Shown: piece by piece, positions 27,900 through 41,850 of the stretch
How positions within the stretch are numbered: position 1 is the first letter of the stretch
How the letters are laid out: each line of letters begins with the position of its first letter
Source: the human T2T-CHM13v2.0 reference genome, Homo sapiens
Reading direction: 5' to 3' (one strand)
DNA length: 64,000 bases
Assembly: GCF_009914755.1 (NCBI RefSeq)
Contig: NC_060947.1
Notes under the pieces: generated by a model
Database searches by the model: none
What the model was told of the DNA's origin: nothing
Seen by the model: the letters and a program-made list of their open reading frames with translations, nothing else
Translations under genes and position numbers: made by a program

Positions 27900-30340
27900 A
27901 CAAAAACAACTGTTATGAATGTACAGAAAAGCTTAAAGTATAATATAAAAACTACTTAGATATCTTAGAACAGTTTTGTCATGACTTTTTTTTACCATCT
28001 TTGTTTCTGATCCTTGTTTTCATAAACAAATCTTTGGAGTATGTAAGCATACACCCCTAAAATCAGACTCTCCTTCCTCCCTTTCTAGAAGTGACCACTA
28101 TTTCAATTTGATAGTCATGATTTTCAAGCATGTTTTTATATTTTCATAACATATTGATGTATCCCAAAACATTATTTAAACTTTATGTAATTAGAATCAT
28201 TCTGTACTTGTAATTCAACAATTTAACATTTTTATCCAACCTTATGACATTTATCCACACGCTTTTTAAAATTATGTGTGGGTTTTTGTTTTATAGTACT
28301 CAATTTTACAAGTGTACCATGATCCACTTTCTTGATTAAAATTATGTTGTTTTCTTTTTAAAAACTTTTAAGTGCTACAATTTTACTCTGAAAATGTCTC
28401 CATGTGGACATGTACGGGAGCTTCTCTAATGCATAACTCGCATTGAAATAGCTAGGCATGCTCATTTTTTTCATTACTAACTATTATTGCCTTATTCTCC
28501 AAAGGACTTGTGCATATTTACACACCTACCAAAGGTGTGTAAGCATCTCATTATCTGCATAACATTGCAAAACCTGATATTGTGGGTTTTTTATTTTTTC
28601 TTATCTGATACGTATGTCTCATTTTTTAATACACATTTTTCTGATGTTTCATGTGTTTCAGCATGTTTTTACGTATACATTAGCCAACCAAAGTCTTCAT
28701 TTTGGTAAATTACACACCCTTTTGTCTTCCTTTTTGAATTTTTATGATTCTTATTTCCTTGTGATGTTTAAAATTATTCTAGATACTAACCCTTTGTCAG
28801 ATAGATATATTGCAAATAATTCTTCTGATATGAAAGATGTTTTTCTAATATTCTTTGTAGTTCATTTGCTGTACAGAAGGGCTTAATTTTGTTGTATAAA
28901 AAGGCTTAAAATAGCTCAATGTGTTACTCATTTTTAATAGATTTAAGTCTTTTGTGTGTGTTATATATAAAAATCTATTTCCATCTTGAGGTGAAAGATA
29001 CTATCTCAACATTCTTTAAAAGTTTTGCAATTTTGCTTTTTATATTTAAATATTTACTAAATCTGAGATTTCTATTTTTCCTAGTGGAAGATATAAAATG
29101 AATAGAAATATCTTTATAAATGTAATTCACTGTCCCTGTATCATTTATTGAAAGGTTTGTATTGTTCTGTACTTATTTTTAATATCCTTTACTTTTATAT
29201 ATCAGGTTTCTGTATATGTACAGGCTCATATTGTGTCCACTGGAAAATGTACATCCCTGTGAGAATAACGTATTCCTTATAAAATATTTATAATAGTTTT
29301 GAGTATTATAAGATATACCTCCCTTTTTTCAAAATTATACTGTCTATTCTTGATTTTTATATATCTACATATATTTTTGGATCTATAGAAAATTTTTATG
29401 TTTGTCAGTTTTCAAAATTTTTTTTTAGAATTGTGAGGGGAACTGCATTGAATTTACAACGTATTATTGTCATATATGTCATGTTGTCTTTCCTTCCAAG
29501 GAAATAGTGTATCACTCCATTAAGTTTTACATTATATTTTTTACTATATGTTTATAATTTATCCCAAAATAGTTTGCTCAATTTTGTAAGCTTTATTCCC
29601 TGGTACCATGTATTTTTGGTTTCTATTATAAATGGAAACTTTAAATTATTGTTTATTTTTGGTGCATAGAAACTCAGATGAGTTTTATATTTTAATAATT
29701 GTATTCATCCATTTCTTATGCTCTCTGAACATTTCAAATAGCCTTTAAGTCTCTTGAACTTTTTCTTAATATAGATGACTGTTTAATCTGGCAAGGAATG
29801 GTAGTTTTTTCTCCAATCCTTAAACGTATCCCTTCCTTCTCTTTAAAAAAAATCATCTTGCTTCACCAACAAAGATTTTTTCGTTCAATATTATATAGAA
29901 AAATGATAGACAAGATGATTTTCTTGTTCTGCTTTAAAGAGAAATTCATTCAAAATCCCCTAGAAGATATACTCTATCAGCTTAAGGATATTCTCATTCT
30001 TTTCTTTATTTGCTATGCCTGTGTTTTAAAATTACAAATGAGTTTTAAATTTTTTGGCAATTTCTCTTACTCCTTTGGCCTGTAAATGTGGTTAATTATG
30101 TAAGTAGGTCATTAATGTGAAAACATCCTTGCTGTTTCAGAAGAATCCAATTTGTTCATATATCTTAATTGCTTGATTAATTTTGTTATTATTTTACTAA
30201 GGATTTTAAACTTATTTATATTCCAAAATGAAGTGACCTATTATTTTTCCTTCACGAGTTTTACTTGTTTGTTTTGGCATTGACATAATGCTGGTCTAAC
30301 AAAATAAGTTATAAAGCTTTACTTCTTTTTTCCCTCCTTT
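27900..30340 (-). mobile_element. Old L1ME-like fragment (resumes at ~34260-34540)
   Basis: Highly diverged antisense L1 ORF2/3'UTR, e.g. ATTCTAGATACTAACCCTTTGTCAGATAGATATATTGCAAAT. Confidence 0.7.
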
Positions 30341-31020
30341 CTTTTGTTTCCTTGCTTTTTAGCCACTAACACTACATCACAACATATCTCTTTGTTGCTG
30401 AACACTTGCTGTCTGATTCTCCAATATTATGGTTTGTACATCTCCTTCCATTACTTAATATAATTTGGGCCCAAATATAAGACACAGGGTAAGGCAAAAT
30501 TGAAGAGCCAGTCTTGGATTTAGGGCAAGGGCCCTTTACTCTAGAAAGTCATAGTAAAAAAGTAAAAAAGAATACAACAAAATTAGAAACTGCTCTACTT
30601 TTCCTAGAAGAATATATGAAGATAAAAATAAGACACTAGATGTAAGCGTACACTGAAAACTTTAATGTTCAGTGCAAGAGCCAGACACGTTATCATTACA
30701 GATTTACATTATAAAGAAAATGTAAATATTGTTTCATTGACTTCATAAATTATGTTGGGTTAATTATTGTGTTTAGGGCAAGGCTGTTCAATTATGTACT
30801 GGGAACTGTCCTTGATATTTAAAATAAACCTTTGCTTCTTTATGAATCTCCAAAACAAATTTGTGACTCTTCAAAAAAAAAAATAGAAGAGGAGGGAACT
30901 CTTTCCAAATTATTCTGAGACCCTTATTATCTGATGGCAAAACTAGACAAAGACATCACTAAAAGAGAAAAACTAGACAACAATACCTCTCATAAAGACA
31001 CAAAATTGTTTACATAATAA

Positions 31021-31909
31021 TAGTTTAGGGGTGGAAAACTTCATTTTACACTCTTAGGTTCTGTGGCTGGCATAAGAATTAAATGAACGTAAGACAGATT
31101 AACAGGAGAAAAGCATACGAATTTATTTAATACTTTTTTACAGTTACATGGGAGTCCTCAGAAAAGAAGAGTAGAAGAAACCATTAGGCACAAAAGCTTA
31201 TCTATCTTTTTACACAGAGAATGATACATTTTGGCGATGTGACAAGACAAGGGGTCTTGGGCTAGGGGCAGTAATTGTTAGACTGTAAGTATAAAATGGC
31301 CAAAAATATGGCCGAAACTAATGAATATAAAGGTTGTTTTATTAAGTTTGTTTGTACAGGTCTATTCTGGTGTTGACTCCAAGTATCTGGTGATAAGAAT
31401 GCTCTCTTCCTGGTACAGGGAGGGCGCCTTTCTCAAGAAAAATAGTATGAACTGCTTTTAAGTAGAATTGGGAGGTCAGAGGCCAGGCGCAGTGGCTCAT
31501 GCCTGTAATCCTAGCACTTTGGGAGGCCAAGGCGGGGAGATTGCCTGAGCTCAGGAGTTCGAGACCAGCCTGAGCAAAACGGGAAAGCCCCGTCTCTACT
31601 AAAATACGAAAAATTAGCGGGGCATGGCGGCGTGCACCTGTAGTCTCAGCTACTAGGGAGGCTGAGGCAGGAGAATCGCTTGAATCCGGGAGGCGGAGGT
31701 TGCAGTGAGCCGGATAGTGCCACTGTACTCTAGCCTGGGCAATAGAGAGAGACTCCACCTCCAAAAAAAAAAACAAAACAAAAGAAAAGAAAAGAAATGA
31801 GAGGTCGGAGAGCCCTTCCTGCCCTTGCTGTTTCTCAAGTGCCTCCAGCTCAAAATAATCAATATGCCCAAGTGGTATATTTTGGGATGGCATGTTCTGA
31901 ACCACTTAA
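31021..31909 (-). mobile_element. MER34-like ERV1 solo LTR nested in L1
   Basis: Reverse complement begins ..GTTCAGAACATGCCATCCCAAAATATACCACTTGGGCATATTGATTATTTTGAGCTG. Confidence 0.75.
31481..31792 (+). mobile_element. AluSz6-like, nested in the MER34-like LTR
   Basis: GATTGCCTGAGCTCAGGAGTTCGAG diagnostic; TSD agaattgggaggtcaga / agaaatgagaggtcgga. Confidence 0.88.
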
Positions 31910-34539
31910 CTAGCAACTTATACCTAACAACATTTAAAAAAGAGTATACATTTTGACCAAAGGAGATATATCCAAGGAATGTAAGGTTGTTTAAACAACC
32001 AAAAAACAAAAAAAAATTAATATAATACACTACATTAATAGAATAAAGGACAAATACACATGATTATCTCAATATACACAGAAAAGACACATGACAAAAT
32101 TCAATACTCATTCATGATAAAAAATTGAACAAATTAATAATAGAGAAAAATTTTATGAACCTAATAAGGGCCATCTATTTTAAACAAAACAGCAAACATC
32201 ATATTTAATAGTTAAAAACTGAAAGCTTTATTCCTATGACAAAGAATAAAGCAAAATATCATTTTTAGCACATCTACTCATCATTGTAATGGATAATTTA
32301 TCTAGGGCAATCAAGCAAGAAAGAGGACTAAAAGCCATCCATATTGCCAAGGAGGAATTAAAATTATCTCTATTTGCAGATGACATTGTCTTATATTTAG
32401 AAAATCTTAAGGAATCAACAACAGCAACAAAAAGCTATTAGAGCTAGTAAATAAATTTATCAATGTTGCAGGATATAAGATCAATGTGTAAAACTCAGTA
32501 CTATTTTTATACAAGGCAAATGAAAAAAGTGAAAATGACATTAACAATACAATTCTTTTTATAATAATATCAAAGGGATAAAGTAATTAGAATGAAACGT
32601 AACAAAATAATTGCAAGACTTGTACACCGAAAACTACAAATCACCACTAAAGATAGTTGAAGACCTATCTTCCTAAATGAGGAAGTCATCCATGTTCTGG
32701 GATTGGAAGATTTGTTATTGTTGACAATGTTAGCCAAATTGATCTATAAATCCATCACAATATGGAAAAGCTGAGCCTAAAATCTGCATGGAAATGCAAG
32801 GGAACAAAAACAGCCAAAACAATTTTGAAAAAGTACTAAATTGGAGGACTCACACTTCCTGATTTCAAAACTTTCTACAAAATTACAAAGATAAAAACAC
32901 TATGGTACTGGCATTAGTATAGACATATAGATCAATAGAACAGAATTAAGAATCCAGAAAATCTCATATGTCTATGGCCAATTGTGTTTTAATAAAAGTG
33001 CCAAGACCATTCAATGGAGAAAAAAATAGTCTCTACAACAAATGACAATAGGGCAACTAAGTAGCCACCTGCAAACAATAAATTATTCTTTTCCCTCATT
33101 TCATATGTAAAATTTAACTCAAAATTGGTTAAAACATAAATTTCAGAGCTAAAAATATAATTAATAGATGGAAATGGTTAACTGTTTATGGCCTTGAATT
33201 TGGCATTGGTTTCTTAAATATGGAGGCAAAAGTGAAGGCAAAAGAAAATAAAAATAGAAACATTGGACCTTCAAAATAAAAAACTTTTGTGCTTCAAAGG
33301 ACACTATCTAGTATGTGAAAAAACTCACAAAATGGAAAAATGTATGCAAAATGTATACTATAAAGCATATATATGATAAGCATCTAATATCAAGAATATA
33401 AAAATAATTGTTACAGCTCAACAATAAAAAGACAAATGACCCAATTTTAAAATGCACAAATGAATTGAAGAGACCTTTCTCCAAAGAAGATATACAAATG
33501 GCCAACATGTCCATGAAAAGATGCTCAATATCATTAGACATCAGAAAAATGCAAATCAAAACTTCAATGAGATACTGGTTCACATCCACTAGAATAGCTA
33601 TAAACAAGCAGACAGATAATAAAAAGTGTTGGTGAGGATTTGGAGAAATTGAAATTCTCACACATTGCTGGTGAGCTGGTAAAATGGGATGACCACTTTG
33701 GTAAACAAACTGGCAATTTTTATAGGAACCCAGCAATCTCATTCCTACATAGATATACAAGACAATAAAAAATATATGTCTTCATGAAAATTTGTACTTC
33801 ATAACAGCCATTAAATGAAAACATTAACCATTAAATGAAAACAACTCAAATGTCCATTAGCTGATGAACTTCTGAATATGATGTGGTCTATACATAAAAT
33901 GGAATATTATTCAGCCATTAAAAGAAATGGAGTACTGATGCAGTCTACCATGTGAATAAACTTTAAAAACATTAAGTGAAAGAAGTAAGTCACAAAACTC
34001 ACATATTACATGGTTCCATTCTTATGAAATATCCAGGATAGGAAAATCCACAGAGACAGAAAACAGATTAGTGGTTGTTAGGGATTGAGGGTTGAGGAGA
34101 ATGGAGAGTGAGTGCTAACAAATATGAAGTTATTTTAGAGTGATAAAAATAATCTGAAATTAAATAGAAGTGATGGTTGCAAAACCTTGCAAGTATAAAA
34201 ATATTGACTTTCATACTTTAAAAGGTGAATTTTATGGTTTATCAATTATGTTACAATGAAACAGGAAAACATGTAGGCCATGGGTTTTCCAGATCTTACC
34301 TATAGAATAATCTGGGCCTGGTGTGTGCATATGTGCATGTGCACGTTTGTGTGTGTGTATGTGTGTGATTGTGAACTACTGATTCAGTTCTTTATTGTTT
34401 ATCATTCTATTCACTTTTCTATTTTATGGTATCAGTTATGAAAAGTTTTTTTTAAGAAAATAGTCTATTTTATCTAATTCATTGGCATAAAATCATGTTT
34501 AGTATTCTCTTTTAATATATTGTGTTTTTTCCACTCTAG

Positions 34540-34665
34540 TGAGGAAAACCAAAATATTTCACCCCAAAATATATCTTTGGCATAAAAATTATATTTGAGC
34601 TGAAGGCATTTAATGTATGTGTGTGTGTGTGTGTGTGTGTATGTGTGTATGTGTGTGTGTGTATG
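34540..34665 (+). mobile_element. Short MER34-like LTR 5' fragment followed by (TG)n
   Basis: CACCCCAAAATATATCTTTGGCATA..TTTGAGCTGAAGGCA, then a TG microsatellite at 34614-34664. Confidence 0.55.
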
Positions 34666-34699
34666 AAGTAACGTCTTCAGAACTAAGATACGGGGGGAA

Positions 34700-35473
34700 G
34701 GAATCACAATCAGTGTCGTCTGTAGCTTTTTAACATCTTGTACTTTTCATGTGCATTAAAAGTAATACAAGAAAAGTTCTTAGAGGAAATAACTTAAATT
34801 TGTGTAAAACTAAAATCCTACATACATCAGTATGGCACACAGGAAACATACAAAAGTACATCCTTACATATAAAATTTTAAAAAGAAAACATTCTTCATA
34901 CTGAATGCAGGGTTAGCATATTACATGTTGGGACCTACACCCAGTTTGTGTCCCTTGTTTTGCGTACCTAATCAGTTTGTTCACCAACCTAACTCATCAA
35001 AAGAAAAAGCAAATTTCATTCATATACCAGCAAAAATAACAAGATCAACAGTGTCTTTCTTCTTCTCTCCCCTGAATGATCATTAACACTAGACCCACGT
35101 TTTCCAAGCACAGTATTCATATGGAACTGCTGAGATCTTTGTAATTCCCACACCTTTCTTAACCAGACAAATGTCAGGACTTCTTTACAGAATGCAGGTG
35201 TGTCATAAATCCTACCAACTGACTATTCCCTTGAGAACCACAGCTTATCTTCTTGATGACACTATTAACTCCTTTATGCCTATGTGGGTATGTCTGTATA
35301 TCTGGTGTGTGTTTGGGAAGTTTTAATTAGTAAGCTATTGCTTCAGAAGCTTAAGGAGGTGGCATTCCTACTCTGACCTCCCCACCAAGAGACCTTCTGC
35401 CTTTACAACTAGCTGTTTCTTAAAAGGAAACTGTAATTTTTCATCATAGTTTTGTGTTTACCAGGTGCCGTAT
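34700..35473 (-). pseudogene. Large fossil exon (end of the AAA core into the E3 module)
   Basis: Acceptor actttgcag|; VSWWGGQ vs VGFHGGL; ~65 open codons incl. LQRSQQFHMNTVLGKRG..GERRRKTLL vs KQEESQFHPLEWLAREA..AGTFRHTLW; TRDTNWV vs TRPDTPPWA. Confidence 0.7.
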
Positions 35474-35601
35474 CTGCAAAGTATTCTTAAAAGCATGATT
35501 TTAACCTCCCTTGACATTTAACAGGGTGACCACATACAATCATTAAACGCTTTAAAAAAAAATCCCTAAACTGTTATTGATAATAGAAAAGCTCATTTTG
35601 A

Positions 35602-35966
<365 letters not shown>

Positions 35967-36452
35967 CAACTCACTTTGTCTTAGGCATTTAACCCATTCT
36001 TCTCAAGGATACCAGAATAATCTTCCTGAATCACAGTTATGATGTTATTCTATCGTTCAAAATATTTTATGGCTTCCAATCGCATGCAAGGTCAAATTAA
36101 TTCATCTTAAAGTCAGTTATTGAGAGCTTTCTCTGAGCTAGAAATCAAGGAGATACAAAAGAAAAAAATGTCAAAATTACTGCCTTCAAGGAAGTCACAA
36201 TGAATGGGGAAAGAAGATATTGATGAAAAAGTAGTACTTTAGGTGCCACAATGTAAATATACTTAGGATACTGTGTGACCACAGAGGAGAGAGTGTTACT
36301 AGAATCTGGGGGTAAAGAATGGGAGGCAGAGGAATAAGGGGAGGGGATTAGGTAGATCTTTACAGAGTTGACAATAGTTTAGCTAAGTTGGAATAACTTA
36401 TTAAGTAGTCTCACAAAAGATGAGAGGGTTCATTCATTACGGGTGATGGAAC

Positions 36453-37027
36453 TGAGGCAGAATAGGTAGTCAAGGAAATATCCACGTTCTCAGAATGCAG
36501 TAACTGTGGTGACCTTACAGTCAATATAATAAGCCTCAGTATTCGCATTGTAATTGAGTGCATTCAAGCAAAGCTATCTTTAGAAGTGACTTTCCCCTCT
36601 AGAGAGCATGCACATTTTGTGACCCTTTGCTCCTTGTAATAGAAACAAAAAAACCTCCTGGGTTGAGATTTAAGATGCTAATGAGACATCCAATGTATGA
36701 ACAAATATGTACAGCTACTATGCATGTGTACCCAGCGGAACACCCAGAACATGCTTACTAGTAACACCCCTTTCCCACCTCCTTATGAATAATCATGTAA
36801 GACTCCCACAAAGGGAGTCTCCCTGATGCCACTCTTTGCTGTCTTGTCCTTGTGCACAGCCTGCCTTGAATTCTCTCTCTCAAGGTGTACTGTCTATTCT
36901 GCACCTAACTTACAAAATATTTTTCCTTTGCAATAAATTACTCGATGCTGCACTTCTTTTGCTGTGTGTCTCTTTTTAAAATTATTTTAAACTAAGAAGA
37001 ACTAAGGTATTACATCAGCTGTCAACA
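36453..37027 (+). mobile_element. ERV1 solo LTR (LTR15-like) inside an L2 remnant
   Basis: TG...CA termini, 4-bp TSD gaac, AATAAA at ~36932. Confidence 0.78.
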
Positions 37028-38084
37028 GAACCACTTTGGGACAAAACAAAGTATATTTATATTAAAAGGCTTGAGGCACATAGGAAATGTTACTGGTTCT
37101 GTTGTCTCAAAGGAGACAGAATACAATAAAGAGTGACTGGTGATCAATCTGGGAAAGTGGGCAAGGAATTGTCCAAGATGAGACTTAAGTACAACACCAT
37201 GGGTTTAAGCAGAATACTTACATGCATAGACTGGTATTTCAAAATGATAGATCTTAGAATGTGAAAAATGGACTAGAAAAGACTGAAGGTGGAGAAACCA
37301 ACTAGGAGGCTGCTTCAGTGATTCAGTTAAGAAGCAATAAAGCCCTAAATTTTGGAAGCAGTGGTGTGAAAGGAGAAGAGGTAGATCTATCAGAGATTTG
37401 AAAAATAAAAATGAAATGGCTTGGGGACTGATTGGAGGCAGGATGTGAGTTGAGTTAGAGGTAAAGTGTTTAAGATGACCTTCAAATTTCTGATTTGGAG
37501 AACTCTAACTGGGTAACAAACATAGAGAATAGAGAAGAGGGAATGCCTTGAGGGAAGAGTGCTGGTTGGAGTTTGAACATGTGGAGTTTGGAGATGACCA
37601 TTTACTGATGATTAAAAGTCTCTCCATGGTCTGGCTCCCATTCTACCTTACAGCCTTATTCTTATTATATTTTTTTCCCAAATTCTGTGCTGGCCATACT
37701 CATTTTTTCCAAAAACAAAAACAAACAAAAAAACACTGCTGTTTCACTTCTCTATGTTTTTGCTAAAAATGTAGTAGCTTTGCTTACTAGCAGGGTCCTC
37801 TAATTTAAGAATTAATTCAGGCATGCATTAGAAATATTTGTGGAGCACCTATGATATGCCAGGTCTTATTCTAGTTGTTGGAAATACCTCAGGAAACAAA
37901 ACAAACAAAACTTCTCTTGTGAAATTTCCCTAAATATGTTTATAAACCTCAGAACATCTTTCGTGAACATTTAAAAATTATATGAGTTAGAATCAGTCTC
38001 ATTATTAAATCTCTGCATAGCACTTTGCTCATCCATTTTAGCAGTACAATAGTTTATATTTAATTGTGTGCATATCCTATAGAC

Positions 38085-38318
38085 AAATACTGTCCAATAG
38101 AACTTGCTCTGATGACAGAAATAATTTAAATTGCACTGTCCAATAGAGTAGTCACTATAGTTACTATACTGAGCAGCAAAAAAGCTAATATATTGGCCAT
38201 CGCACACGTGGAATCCATATGATGTGACTGATAAACTGAATTTTTAATATTATTAATTTTAAGTAATATAAATTTAATTAACCACACATTGCTAGTAGTT
38301 ACACATTTTACAGTACAG
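38085..38318. mobile_element. MER3 hAT MITE
   Basis: CTGTCCAATAGAACTT..CACTGTCCAATAGAGTAGTCACTA..CTAGTAGTTACACATTTTACAGTACAG. Confidence 0.8.
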
Positions 38319-38369
38319 TAGACTACAAACTCCTGGTGGACAGGGACAAGAATTTTCATCTTTCAATAT

Positions 38370-38555
38370 ATCATACTGGTTAATTACATGAGTTTTGGAA
38401 TAATACACAGCTGAATTAGAATTACGATTTTGTTACTTGTTAGTTGGTGACCTTAGACAGTTTATTTAAATTTCATGAAACTGAACTTTCTTAACTCTAA
38501 AATGAGAATAATGGTGTCAACCTCTGAGATTGTTTTGAAGTTAAAATAACATTAT
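38370..38555 (+). mobile_element. MIR
   Basis: GTGACCTTAGACAGTTTATTTAA..TTTCTTAACTCTAAAATGAGAATAAT. Confidence 0.65.
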
Positions 38556-38589
38556 TGGACAAATTTTGCTTCCAGGAAATTTGATTTAA

Positions 38590-40372
38590 AAAAATCAATA
38601 TTGGTAAAATATCCATAGTACCAAAGCAACCTACAGATTCAATTCAATCCTTGTCAAAATACCAATGACATTCTTAACAGAAATAGAAAACAAACTCTCC
38701 TAAAATTTGTATTGAACTAAAAAGACCCAGAATAGCCTGAGCTCTCTTGAGCAAAAATAATAAAACTCGAGGTATAACATTACCTAATGTCAAAGTATAC
38801 AAAGAGGTATAGTAACCAAAACAACAAGGTACTGGCAGAAAAACAGACACATAGACTAGTGGAAAAGAATAGAGAACCCAGAAACAAATCCATGTCTCTA
38901 AAATAAACTCATTTTAGAACAAGATGCCAAGAATATACACTGGGAAAAAGATAGGCTCTTCGAAAGAAATGGTGCTGGGAAAACCAGACATCCATATGCA
39001 GAGGAAAGAAACTAGAAACCCTATGTCTCACCATATACAAAATTCAAATTGAAATGATGAAGACATAAATCTAAGACCTCAAACTATGAAACTACTGCAA
39101 GAAAATTTTGGGGAAAATCTACAGGACACTGGTCTGGTCTAGGCAAAAATATCTTGAGCAATACCGCAGAAGCACAGGCAACAAAAGTAAAAAATCAGAA
39201 AATATGATCACATCAAGTTTGAAAGCTTCTGCAAAACAAATAAAACAATCAACAAAATGACTAGATAACCCAGAGGGAAAAATATTGGCAAATTACCCAT
39301 CTGACAAGGGATTAGTAACCAGAATATATAAGGAACTCAAACAACTCTATAGGAAAAAATAAAAAAATCTGATTAAGAAATGAGCAAAAGACTTAAACTG
39401 ACATTTCTGAAAAGTATACAAACTACAAACAAATGGCAAACAGGCATAAAAAAAGGTTCTCAACATCACTGGTCATCAGAAAAATATAAGTCAAAATTAC
39501 AGTAAGACATTATCTCCCCTCAGTTAAAATGGCATATATCCAAAAGACAGGCAATAAATAACAAATGCTGGCAAGGATGTGGAGAAAAAGGAACCCCCAT
39601 ACACTGTTAGTGGGAATGTAAATTAGTACAACCACTATGGAAAACACTTTGGAGCTTCTTAAAAAAAAGTGAAAATAGAGATATTATATGATTCAGCAAT
39701 CCCAGTGCTGAGTATGTACCCTAAGGAAAGGAAATCAGTATATTGAATAGATATCTGCACTTCCATATTTGTTGAACTACTGTTAACAACAGCCAAGATT
39801 TGAAAGCAACCTAAGTGTCCATCAATAGATAAATGGATAAAGAAAATGTGGTACATATACACAATGGAGTACTATTCAGCTATAAAAAATGAATGAGATC
39901 CTGTCATTTGCAATAAATAAATAAATGAAACTGGAGGTCATCATGCTAAGTGAAGTTAGCCAGGCACAAAAAGACAAACATTGCATGTTCTCACTTATTT
40001 GTGGGAACTAAAAACAAAAACAATTGGACTCATGGAAGTCGAGAGTAGAAAGATGGTTACCAGAGCATGGGAAATGTAGTCGGAGGTTGAGGAAGAGGTG
40101 GGGACAGTTAATGGGTACAAAAAATAGAAAGAATAAATAAGACCTAGTATTTGATTACAGGGTGACTATAGTCAATAATAACTTAATTGTGCATTTTAAA
40201 ATAACTAAAATAGTATAATTGGATTGTTTGTAACATGGATAATGCTTGAGTGGATGGAGGCCCAATTTTCCATGATGGTAGTATTACACATTGCATGCTG
40301 GTACCAAAATATCCTATGTAGCCCATAACTATATATGCCTACTATGTACCCACAAAAATTAAAATTAAAAAG
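38590..40372 (+). mobile_element. 5'-truncated L1MA2/3
   Basis: ORF2 C-terminal region and 3' end CCTACTATGTACCCACAAAAATTAAAATTAAAA. Confidence 0.85.
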
Positions 40373-40909
40373 AGATAATGAGAAAGAGACAGAAAAGAGA
40401 GTGAAAGAAAATGGGGAAGCATGGAGATCATGAGAGAATGGATCTAGAGAGAAAAGGAGTGATCTATATGAACTCTTCAATATAGCAGAACAAACATTAC
40501 AGCACTTTATGGGAAATGTGTGACATCGTTGCAAGAAGCACCATCATTGTACTCAAATACTAGTTTTGAGATTGATTAGAAATTTATTATATTGAATTAA
40601 TGACCTGCAAGGACCAGGGCAAATGCCTGTAGGAGAGGGAATATGTTGCTCATTTTAGTATTAAAACTTTTGTGTAGTCATTTAACAGTCACTTTGAGAA
40701 TCTAGATAGAATGGGGCAAAAGGTGAGTTAATGATCAAGGAGGGAGTAAGTAAAAATTCATGGCATGTGTCTATTTCTCAACTGAGAGCCCCTGGCAACA
40801 TTAGTCTCTGGTTATATTAGTGCACATGTTTGGAGATGAGGGTGATGTGAGAGGCAGTGCTTACAGGAAGGTAGGAAGAGAGCAAAAAAACTTATGAAAA
40901 TTTAAGAGT

Positions 40910-40990
40910 TAATGTTTGAACCATACAAAATTGCCATTTTAATTCATTAAAATGAATGGATATGGACAATTTCTTGTCTTTCCACCTAAT
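40910..40990. mobile_element. MADE2-like mariner MITE
   Basis: About 80 bp with inverted ends TTTGAACCATACAAAATTGCC ... GACAATTTCTTGTCTTTCCACCTAAT. Confidence 0.6.
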
Positions 40991-41079
40991 ACATAGGCAA
41001 TCACTTTATAACTCTAAAAATTCTATCCAACTATAAGAAATTATTCTGAAACATTTGATGATCCAAAATGGGGAAAAAT

Positions 41080-41287
41080 TATTTGGGATCAGAGCACCTC
41101 AGTTATGGTTCTAGTTCTGCCCTTTCCTAGCTGTGTTACCTTTGGTGAGTGACTTCACCTCTCTAAGTCTTCTCTTTTACAAAATCAGAATATAACATTT
41201 ATCCATGCCATAGCCAACTTCAAAGGGCCTCTGTGTAAGAACAAATTAAGTTATTTTATTTAAAAGTGCATTGCAAAGTGCACTATG
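41080..41287 (+). mobile_element. MIR
   Basis: CTAGCTGTGTTACCTTTGGTGAGTGACTTCACCTCTCTAAGTCT. Confidence 0.75.
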
Positions 41288-41850
41288 CTATCTAAATGCA
41301 AATAAATCTTGGAAAATGCTGTCCTCTTCATATATATTAAAACACATTGTGTTGATTTTAGATGTGGGTTTTTGGTTTTTGTTTTGTTTTGTTTTTTGAA
41401 CTTTTGTTTTAATGTTTTCCTTTAGTGGAATTTGAGAGAAATACCTTAACCATAAAAAGAAGATTTTTGTTGTTCTTTTTAAGGTTGCAAGTTTTTTTGA
41501 GGGATTGGAGGAGAAAGGAAGCATGACTCCTGCTCTATGAGAAAGATAAGTTCAACATCCAATACTAATGGCAGGAATCCCACGGCCTCCCCTTAATCCC
41601 CCTCAAAAAAATCTTTCTTTGTTTTCTGTTCCTTTTAAGGCCTAAAGATACAACAAGCCTTCCTATTAAGTAAATCTGTTTAAACACAGACAGCTTTGGG
41701 CTTCTTTTCAGCCTGTGTCATCATCTCTTCTGATACGGAGGAGTTATTTAGTGTGTCCTTCAATTATTTGGCAAGCGACCAAATTACATGCATGTTTTTC
41801 TACTCGTGATCATCATCAAATTTTTTTTCATTATGCTTGTCAGAGTTAAA
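41288..41850 (-). pseudogene. Fossil coding segment, AAA5/AAA6 region
   Basis: HACNLVACQIIE vs RNF213 DACASVVLQVIE; EEMMTQAEKKPKAV vs EELHQKVSEEAKSI; RSHASF vs QRHNSF; ORF 41288-41524 FLWLRYFSQI vs FTEITTFSRL. Confidence 0.72.

Larger units (their letters stand above)
30865..34255 (+). mobile_element. L1MB-like ORF2 and 3'UTR
   Basis: RT motif CTATTTGCAGATGACA (LFADD) at ~32370; C-terminal ORF 33408-33635; L1MB-type 3'UTR. Confidence 0.82.

Noticed and set aside
31342-32030. 187-aa and 125-aa ORFs
   Set aside because: Antisense Alu plus MER34 LTR read-through; typical spurious Alu peptides
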